Source of the DNA: a virus
Virus record (IMG/VR): IMGVR_UViG_3300031162_001159
Location: 6,650-70,649 of that record
Reading direction: 5' to 3' (one strand)
Length of the DNA stretch: 64,000 bases
The notes beneath the pieces are model-generated. The model was given only the letters and a program-made list of their open reading frames with translations, had not been told where the DNA came from and did not search any database. Of the stretch, positions 57,285 to 64,000 are shown one piece after another (position 1 is the stretch's first letter; the number at the start of each line of letters is the position of its first letter). A program made the translations under genes and the position numbers.

Positions 57285-58298
57285 TTATGTCCAGTAAGTT
57301 CCCCCACCTTGTACAGTAAGAGAGTTGAATGAACTGTATGAATAGTTAACTGTAGCATTTCCACCACCAGTATCACCACCACCATATGAAACAGAAGTAA
57401 GCTTATTGCTTGTTCCTGTTGACACAACAGTTCCGGCATCATCTGCAATAATAATTGTACGATCTACCAAGTTCTCAGCAGTACCTGAATGTGCTACCTG
57501 ATCACCACGAGCGGTAATTACTTCAAATTCCGAAGTCACTTCAATTGTTGAACTAGGAGTCTGGAAGTAAGGTCCGAAGCTACCAAGTTCGTTAGCATCT
57601 TCACGACCGAAGTCTGCTGAAATCGAAATACTTTGGATACGTCCTTTGTTGTTACCAACATTCGGAATATCTCCCGGAATTGTACAGTTCGCAATATCGA
57701 CATTGGCACGACGAATAATACCCGTTGCTGGTGTATCAGTACCATCTAAACCAGTTGCGGTGTTTGTTCCCCACAATCCAGAAGGTGATAGGCCAATAAC
57801 ACCATATGTGTTTGTGTCCCAAAACTTTTCATTACCAGTTACAGTAATAGATTCTGTTGCGAAGTTATCAACAGACCAAGAATAACTTACGTTACCCATA
57901 ACCAAACCAGAGCAATATACAACATGTCTTGGTGTAGTGTTATCAACCTGTGCAACGCTATCGTCATAGATAGCTAGATAGATATCAAAATCTTTCTGTG
58001 ATGCACCAATTAAGTCTGTTTTTCCGATTTCTCCAACACAGTCAAGATACAAAAGTTTCTCACCATCAATGGCTTTCTCCATTGTGACTTCAACTTCTGC
58101 GATATCTTCAAGGTTAGCATAGATTTGAGATTGCCCAAATTGAAAAACCTGAGTCAAATCAAAGTTTGTATTAATGCCTAAAGACTGCACACCCTTCGCA
58201 AAATCTACTTCATTGCCAACACCACCATTAGGTGGATGGCCTTTTTTGCAAATAGCTACAGCTTGGCAAGCATAGAAAATTCTGTTATTATCTGCCAT
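57285..58298 (-). CDS. major tail tube protein
   Basis: GVQSLGINT.FDL.QVFQ.GQ..IY.N.E...EVEVT; G/T/S-rich; position; strong RBS and own promoter motif. Confidence 0.7.
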   Translation of the reverse strand: MADNNRIFYACQAVAICKKGHPPNGGVGNEVDFAKGVQSLGINTNFDLTQVFQFGQSQIYANLEDIAEVEVTMEKAIDGEKLLYLDCVGEIGKTDLIGASQKDFDIYLAIYDDSVAQVDNTTPRHVVYCSGLVMGNVSYSWSVDNFATESITVTGNEKFWDTNTYGVIGLSPSGLWGTNTATGLDGTDTPATGIIRRANVDIANCTIPGDIPNVGNNKGRIQSISISADFGREDANELGSFGPYFQTPSSTIEVTSEFEVITARGDQVAHSGTAENLVDRTIIIADDAGTVVSTGTSNKLTSVSYGGGDTGGGNATVNYSYSSFNSLTVQGGGTYWT

Positions 58299-58355
58299 TA
58301 TTTAGCTCCATATTGTTTGAGTTGTTTCCTCTTTTAAAAGGATCATCTGTATTAA

Positions 58356-58362
58356 TATACAC
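58356..58362 (-). promoter_or_regulatory. GTGTATA motif, putative late promoter
   Basis: TTTTGTGTATATTA upstream of tail tube gene. Confidence 0.6.
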
Positions 58363-58376
58363 AAAAAGCACGTATA

Positions 58377-59339
58377 TTACAAATTTTTACGTGGAACGGT
58401 AGCTGTGAACCTAGCTACCCCCATCCACAGACCCGGATTAAGCTCTTTAATTTCTTGAGAAGCGGCATTGTTTATATAACACTTCTCACTATATTTGTGA
58501 TTATCAATCATGTGAGGATACATACCACTAGCTCGTGCGTTGTCAACCAAATAGCCATTCTCATCGAACGGATATATACCAGAAACACCTACTTTAGTAG
58601 AGTCAAATAGCTCTATAGCTCTATCGTTTTCGTCAGTAATAACTCCACATAAATTATCAGCTTCCCACTCTTGTTCGGTAAAAATATAAAATATTATATC
58701 ATTACTAACATCCTGTCCACCACCTAATTGATATGGCTTATGAGATTTATTAGACACGACCTTGACACCAACCAAGGGCAACTGTAGCCTTGTTTCTGAA
58801 AGCCCCATCCAATCTCCAGAACCAAAGAAATCAAACGTGGGATTGTCTACCCTAAAACTATTTTGTTGAATTTGACGAAGGAAAGGGATACCATCAGATG
58901 CTGTAACTTTAATGTCTTTTGCTGAATACTCAACACTTATTGTTCCGGTTGAAGGGATGGCATTGTCAAAAACAATCTCGCCATTTGCATAATCTATGTT
59001 AAATGGATATGTGGCGTTACCCGTCCCATAAAAACCCCCATCTATAAAAACCCCTGAAATATCTATAGGTGGAGATGTCGGATATACTCCAGTTTCCCAA
59101 ACCCAATTTGAGCGATATGAAGAATAAATAGTCCCGTCTGTCTTATTAGGATTCTTCTTTCTCTTTAGAACCTCTTTATCACCACCATAAATATTATCGT
59201 CGCCACTACTTATGTTGTCATATTGCCCCATGCTTATAAAACTCCAATCCAAATATGAAACAAAGTTCTCTAACAACATTGTTCCTAGACCCGGATCTTG
59301 AGTATTTAAGCTACCTCTAAGTTGTTTATTGAATACCAT
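58377..59339 (-). CDS. putative tail terminator / neck protein
   Basis: directly upstream of tail tube; IDY.NG.IVF segment. Confidence 0.5.
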   Translation of the reverse strand: MVFNKQLRGSLNTQDPGLGTMLLENFVSYLDWSFISMGQYDNISSGDDNIYGGDKEVLKRKKNPNKTDGTIYSSYRSNWVWETGVYPTSPPIDISGVFIDGGFYGTGNATYPFNIDYANGEIVFDNAIPSTGTISVEYSAKDIKVTASDGIPFLRQIQQNSFRVDNPTFDFFGSGDWMGLSETRLQLPLVGVKVVSNKSHKPYQLGGGQDVSNDIIFYIFTEQEWEADNLCGVITDENDRAIELFDSTKVGVSGIYPFDENGYLVDNARASGMYPHMIDNHKYSEKCYINNAASQEIKELNPGLWMGVARFTATVPRKNL

Positions 59340-59342
59340 AAA

Positions 59343-59957
59343 TTACTCCACAAGGGCTTTTAATATTTTTTCGTTAACACCTTCTAGTGCTCTACTTACA
59401 AAGTTGTCAGAAATAGTTCCAGAGTATTGTGGGTCAATTGTGAATGCTCCACCGGGAACCATTCTTGCCCCTCCACTTCTACCATATGGCCCATACTCAA
59501 CACTCCATTCGGCAACGATTATCGAATCACCCTCTACTAGTAACCAAGACAGCCAAGGAAGCTGTTGCCCCTTTTCTGTTACAACTGTTCCAAAAGATTG
59601 TGTAAGCAAGTTAGAAAAGGAATTGGGCTGAATCTCTACCTTATAATCCCCCTTTGCACTATTACCTAATATTCTAAAGTTTGGCTTTCTAACATTTACC
59701 GAGCTAGCTACGGCAGTGGCGATTAGGGGGGTTGGGTCGTTCCCCTCTTCTATACCTAAGTCGAAAGCTAGTTGACCGCTTCTAAGAGCGTTCATTTCTG
59801 GAGAGTTATAAACCGCGTCATAGGTTATCTTACGAATCTTATTTTCTGCTTGGCTTCTCTTTTTATCAAAGTCTTTAGTTATCAAAGAAACGAGTTCTTT
59901 TAACGACGATTTTATGAAATTGGCGGTATTTTTTAATTTGAGAGATATCCTACCCAT
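59343..59957 (-). CDS. putative tail completion (neck) protein
   Basis: position; LPWL.WLL...G.SG.ARM...NFVSRA. Confidence 0.5.
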   Translation of the reverse strand: MGRISLKLKNTANFIKSSLKELVSLITKDFDKKRSQAENKIRKITYDAVYNSPEMNALRSGQLAFDLGIEEGNDPTPLIATAVASSVNVRKPNFRILGNSAKGDYKVEIQPNSFSNLLTQSFGTVVTEKGQQLPWLSWLLVEGDSIIVAEWSVEYGPYGRSGGARMVPGGAFTIDPQYSGTISDNFVSRALEGVNEKILKALVE

Positions 59958-60459
59958 GTTGTTTTGTCCAAAAGGTCGAGTAATATTGTTGATAGTTCTG
60001 TTGGAAACCTTGGGGCTTTGGAGATCCGTTAATTATAAATCTCTGCTCTCCATAGTCGTCTATATTGAGTTCGCGAGGAATAATATATGATGCCTGTAGA
60101 ACTTTTGGTAAATCTATTTCTCGTACTAGTACCTCAATAGCCCCCTCTGGCAAATTCATTTTAGCAGAAAGACTCGTCCATTTACTTCTGTTCCAATATA
60201 TTCTGGCTCTGATATCTTGAGAGGTTGCCGTATCTCTATATCCAACACCATTACAGTAGGGGCATTTTCTTCCACGAGGAAAGGGGATTGGCCCACCTGT
60301 CACATACACAGAGATAGAGCGATTTAGCCCTAAAGTTGTTATTTTACAGTTTGGGCAATCTGTCTTTTCTGCTGGATATACAACCGTTATTGGTTTCTCA
60401 AAAAGATCTCCTATGACCTCATTCAGAATATTAAAAGCACCACTAGGGATTGTTACCAT
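59950..60459 (-). CDS. putative head-closure protein with zinc finger
   Basis: CPNC...CPYCNGVG; position after adaptor. Confidence 0.5.
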   Translation of the reverse strand: MVTIPSGAFNILNEVIGDLFEKPITVVYPAEKTDCPNCKITTLGLNRSISVYVTGGPIPFPRGRKCPYCNGVGYRDTATSQDIRARIYWNRSKWTSLSAKMNLPEGAIEVLVREIDLPKVLQASYIIPRELNIDDYGEQRFIINGSPKPQGFQQNYQQYYSTFWTKQHG

Positions 60460-60468
60460 ATCTTACTC

Positions 60469-60969
60469 CTATTCAAAGAGGTTGCCAGAATCGCCAGACT
60501 CTCTACCACTTACATTACCACTTCCCGGAGAATATGGGCCAAGGATCGCTAATCCACCGACACTTCCACTCATAATAAACTGGTTTCTAGCCTCTTCGTA
60601 ATTCTCACACAAGTAGTCGGCTTCTGCCTTAAGTGCATCATAGACACCTTTAAGGCTGATACTACTCGGCCCATCTGTCATACTAATAGCACTTGATGCT
60701 TGGGTCTTCGCTTCCCATCTTAAAATATTACAAGCTGCCTTTAAAGCGGTTAAGCTAATAAAATCAAAATCAGAATTGTCTGTTGGGTCTGGAGCAATAG
60801 TTTCAGTAGATAGCGTTATAGTATATGTATTTTCAAAACTAATACTGCTATATACGCTATAAGCAGAGACAATCGCCACTTCCTCAATTCTAGCATCAGT
60901 ATATGTTGTTTCGTCAAGATCATTAATTAGAACCCTAACCATCTTTGTAACATCGTTCTTCCAAGTCAT
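60469..60969 (-). CDS. putative head-tail adaptor
   Basis: VRVLIND...YTDARI pattern of gp15/gp6-like connectors; AGGAG RBS. Confidence 0.6.
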   Translation of the reverse strand: MTWKNDVTKMVRVLINDLDETTYTDARIEEVAIVSAYSVYSSISFENTYTITLSTETIAPDPTDNSDFDFISLTALKAACNILRWEAKTQASSAISMTDGPSSISLKGVYDALKAEADYLCENYEEARNQFIMSGSVGGLAILGPYSPGSGNVSGRESGDSGNLFE

Positions 60970-60978
60970 ATGAACTCC

Positions 60979-61305
60979 TTATAGGTTAGCGTGAACTTTA
61001 AATTTGACTGTATCGCTATACCACTGACCAGAAACAGAGGCTAGATAGACTTGTAATTCCCAATCTCCAACGGCATTTAAATCCCCATCTATTATTGTAT
61101 ATTCTAAGTATCCATCTGTACCATCAACTGAAAAAGAAGCTGTTTTTGTAAGTTTTGTTCCGTCTGGTTTCTTTAAAATAAATTGTTTTGTAGTCATCGC
61201 ACTAATATCATCGGCGGCATTATTACCAGCCGAATCAGTATTATTAACAAGAACTTTTATGAGGGTTCCATAGTCATTCTTGTGTAGTTCTTCGATTATA
61301 GCCAT
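60979..61305 (-). CDS. BppU-N / Ig-like virion protein
   Basis: KKPDGT....A....DGTDG.LEY....GDL...G.W.LQ. Confidence 0.65.
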   Translation of the reverse strand: MAIIEELHKNDYGTLIKVLVNNTDSAGNNAADDISAMTTKQFILKKPDGTKLTKTASFSVDGTDGYLEYTIIDGDLNAVGDWELQVYLASVSGQWYSDTVKFKVHANL

Positions 61306-61569
61306 TTATCTCTCCACAGTAAAATCACTTTGTCTGTTTATAGCTAATGACAAATCAGCTTGTGTATTGATAGAAGTTAAAAAATCTATCCGTTTATTTA
61401 TACTAGTTGAAAAATCCCCTCTCCTATTAATAGCTATTGAAAAATCCCCCTGTTTATTAATAGCTGTAGATAATATTAAGACATCAGGATCTGAAAAAGT
61501 ACCAATGCTCGAAAGACCAAGATACTCATCTTCATGCTCCAATATAGGGATTAATAATTGTGGTCTCAT
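61306..61569 (-). CDS. small virion protein with five 10-aa repeats
   Basis: AINKQGDFSI / AINRRGDFST / SINKRIDFLT / SINTQADLSL / AINRQSDFTV. Confidence 0.6.
   Translation of the reverse strand: MRPQLLIPILEHEDEYLGLSSIGTFSDPDVLILSTAINKQGDFSIAINRRGDFSTSINKRIDFLTSINTQADLSLAINRQSDFTVER
61321..61470. repeat. degenerate 30-bp tandem repeat (5 copies)
   Basis: aaatc recurs every 30 bp, with tt.at at a fixed offset. Confidence 0.75.
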
Positions 61570-62774
61570 TAACTAGATGCGTCCCTACCAAGAAGTTTAG
61601 AAAAGCTTCTGGTTCCAGAGTCTATACTTGCAGAGACTATAACTAACGCAGCTTCCCCATTGGTTAATCTACTTGTCCCTTCATCGTATTTATAAGAACC
61701 TGTTGAGCCTATTTGTGTCATAGCTGTTGAAGCTACTAAATCGGTTCCAGCAGATCTATTAACGACCTGTATTGTTGGAGAGGTTATCCCCGAAGTGATT
61801 CTTGCTCCGTTTTTAAACCATGTTACTGTATATTCGTCCTGAGTATTAGCACCATCCACAGTAAGTTGGATATTTGCATGATAAACGTCCTCAGAAGCCG
61901 CTAGGGTATAGCCAGTTTTATCTTGAGGTAAAGCAGAAATTAGTCCCGGCACATCGTCGGTTTGCAATTCGTTTGTGTCTGTGACAATGGCTGATAACTG
62001 AGTTGAATTACTATCCATCTCAGAACGAACTTCTTCTGCAATGGATGTTACTGTATGAACATGGGCAGCTAAAATAACAAACTCATCACCATTAGCAGGA
62101 GCCTCAACTAAGGTCTCATCAAGAGTGATTGTTTTTGTTGTGCCATCGTAATTTTCAACAACAGAAGCAGAACCAGTTAAATTGCCAGACACGAAAGCTA
62201 GTACTAAATCACGATAATGTTCATCAGTCGTCTCTGTTAAATCGGTTACAAAGCTTATAGTGGTGGCAGAAACATCGTCTACAGCACCTTCGGCACTAAC
62301 CAATCCTTCATAAAGCTTTTTCATTGCTCTACCAAATGTACCAGATGTATTATGACCTGAAGTTGCTTCGTCCCAAACGGCATCTGTAATCTCGGCTGCG
62401 GTTGGCACGTTGCCGACAGATGTGATGTCACCATCTGACTCAATACCCAATGCCCCGAAGTTGGGAGGTCGTGTGTAGATAACCGAACTCGGTAAACAAA
62501 CCACCTGAACTCCAGCAGTTGATGATTGTGGGTAGAATGTCAACTTGTCTCCGTTGGTCTCCGCTTGTGTAAGGTCGAATCGGTACTGCCCGCCCTCAAC
62601 CTCAGTGGGAGCAACATCATTTGTGGCTGTTTGAGTACCATCATCGTCCTGCTCAACCTTGCAAGAGATATTCGCAGCATCACCCGTAACCGGCTCGCCA
62701 GCATCAAGTGATGCGTGTCCAGCGTCAGCGAATGCTAAGACTGTTAGTTTTTGTAATGCTGTGTTCTTAAAAAT
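61569..62774 (-). CDS. virion structural/decoration protein; probable ATT start
   Basis: T/S/D/G-rich; G.Y.FDLTQAETNGD, I.DAVWDE motifs; GAGGTG 4 nt before ATT62774 (ORF track uses TTG62786). Confidence 0.6.
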   Translation of the reverse strand: MFKNTALQKLTVLAFADAGHASLDAGEPVTGDAANISCKVEQDDDGTQTATNDVAPTEVEGGQYRFDLTQAETNGDKLTFYPQSSTAGVQVVCLPSSVIYTRPPNFGALGIESDGDITSVGNVPTAAEITDAVWDEATSGHNTSGTFGRAMKKLYEGLVSAEGAVDDVSATTISFVTDLTETTDEHYRDLVLAFVSGNLTGSASVVENYDGTTKTITLDETLVEAPANGDEFVILAAHVHTVTSIAEEVRSEMDSNSTQLSAIVTDTNELQTDDVPGLISALPQDKTGYTLAASEDVYHANIQLTVDGANTQDEYTVTWFKNGARITSGITSPTIQVVNRSAGTDLVASTAMTQIGSTGSYKYDEGTSRLTNGEAALVIVSASIDSGTRSFSKLLGRDASS

Positions 62775-62792
62775 ATCACACCTCAATGTCTG

Positions 62793-63446
62793 TTATAAAG
62801 CACATGACTGATAGTATCGCCTGAAATTAAATGCTGGAGCTTCGGGAGGAGCAATATCCCGAAACCATAAATGGACTCCACGCTGGTCAAGGCCGGAAAA
62901 AGCACCCCAGCCTGTTGAATTCACGCTGCCTGTTGCAGACGCTGTGCCTTGTACGAGAGAAGCTATGTATATTTCTGGCACCCCACCAGTATTTGCACTT
63001 GTATAGATATTCGAGTAGCCGCTGGGATTCGTTTCACTATTTTGATGAAACCCAACACCCGTAAATACAACTAAAGAGTTGTCTTGGTCAGGCGTCACGC
63101 TCGGACAAGTCAGAATAGACGAGTTTGTGTTTGACTGTGCAGCAGAACCCCCATAGCTCCCCACGCCGCTGAATCTCTGAATCACCGCTCTTGTATCGCC
63201 GGTTCCTCCACCCCATGTGTACGAACTGGGTGGTGTTCCTGAAGCGATTATGTACCCAACCCAACCCCAGTCACTACCTGTCGGATAATGTTCATAGCTA
63301 TCAACCTCAGTCCATCCAGACGGAGCGGTAAATTCCGAGCTACCGTCACCCAACACAGCAACTAACAAATCACCGTCTACCGTACCCGAAGGAACATTGA
63401 CGGTGTTTGTGCTGGATATTGATGTTGATTCGTATGCAATCGCCAT
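62793..63446 (-). CDS. virion beta-sandwich (adhesin-like) protein
   Basis: VPSGTVDGDLLVAV...PSGWT...PSSYTW...PSVT. Confidence 0.6.
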   Translation of the reverse strand: MAIAYESTSISSTNTVNVPSGTVDGDLLVAVLGDGSSEFTAPSGWTEVDSYEHYPTGSDWGWVGYIIASGTPPSSYTWGGGTGDTRAVIQRFSGVGSYGGSAAQSNTNSSILTCPSVTPDQDNSLVVFTGVGFHQNSETNPSGYSNIYTSANTGGVPEIYIASLVQGTASATGSVNSTGWGAFSGLDQRGVHLWFRDIAPPEAPAFNFRRYYQSCAL

Positions 63447-63452
63447 TTAATA

Positions 63453-63893
63453 TTACTCAACTGTCGCTATTAACGTATCCAGTAAGCCCCGCAATTGAGC
63501 CGTTGCCTCTGAAGAAAATTTACGGTCCTGAATACCTGATGATGTAAACCTAGTTGCCAGCAGGTAGCCATTATCATCAACAGGAAACGACGACTCAATA
63601 CCGGAAATCACTGAATTGATAGCCGCTTTAGTTGCCGCAAATTCCTTGGCGATGTCAAGCATGTCGCTACCTTTCTCTCCACGAGCGTACTCTTGCAAGC
63701 CAACTACGCTCTGTAGAATTTCTAGCTGCTGTTTAGCCTGAATCATCTGAGTGCGTAGGTCGATAATCACTCCCGATGCAACGGGACCACTCGACATATC
63801 CGCTTTGCGACGTTGCGAATATTCCTTCACTCGAAACATCACCGTATCTACTTCTGAAAGTTTTTTACCTAATGAATCTGTAGGCCAAGCCAT
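63453..63893 (-). CDS. hypothetical protein
   Basis: 146 aa; AGGAG RBS; GC-richer codons. Confidence 0.6.
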   Translation of the reverse strand: MAWPTDSLGKKLSEVDTVMFRVKEYSQRRKADMSSGPVASGVIIDLRTQMIQAKQQLEILQSVVGLQEYARGEKGSDMLDIAKEFAATKAAINSVISGIESSFPVDDNGYLLATRFTSSGIQDRKFSSEATAQLRGLLDTLIATVE

Positions 63894-64000
63894 TATTTAG
63901 CTCCTATTTAAATAAATACATTGAAAATAAGCAAGTAAAAAGAGGATTTTAGGATGCAGTGTCACCACTATTAGGAGAAACATAATATATATTTCCCTGA

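Noticed and set aside
61321-61470. 30-bp repeats as a CRISPR array
   Set aside because: Contiguous degenerate coding repeats with no unique spacers.
644-63064. Many short antisense or alternate-frame ORFs in the track (e.g. 644-982, 2994-3230, 29055-29354, 35152-35457, 52717-53034)
   Set aside because: They lie within or largely overlap longer motif-bearing genes and show no motifs; treated as shadow ORFs.
1-64000. Stop-codon reassignment (TAG or TGA)
   Set aside because: Code 11 gives dense full-length genes, and TAA, TAG and TGA all end recognisable proteins at sensible positions.
1-64000. tRNA or rRNA genes
   Set aside because: Intergenic gaps are short and no cloverleaf or T-loop signature was seen by eye; tRNAscan-SE would be needed to be sure.

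Overview
Part of a large, AT-rich tailed dsDNA phage genome (Caudoviricetes, siphovirus-like tail module) using standard genetic code 11. Two convergent arms meet at a bidirectional terminator (~32018-32047). The + arm (1-32019) carries replication/recombination genes: a dNMP kinase fragment, a Cas4/RecB-like nuclease, a C-family DNA polymerase DnaE split into two ORFs around six nested genes including a DnaQ-like exonuclease, SSB and a putative annealing protein. It also has a ~21 kb glycan-synthesis island (GT4, GT2, GT32, exostosin/GT47-like, GT34-like, sulfotransferase, FkbM methyltransferases, GDP-fucose synthase, epimerases) and small accessory genes. The - arm (32085-63893) is the late structural module: head-tail joining proteins, tail tube, chaperones, tape measure and very large tail/adhesin proteins, with a repeated GTGTATA promoter-like motif. 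The most notable signals are (1) an ORF that looks like a reduced major-capsid-protein paralogue fused to a twin-arginine signal peptide, (2) the intein-less split DnaE, (3) a nuclease-like domain bracketed by FxxGG repeats in the tape measure protein, and (4) the transporter-less pathway for a sulfated/methylated fucose-type glycan. All family calls come from motif recognition by eye; no searches were run.
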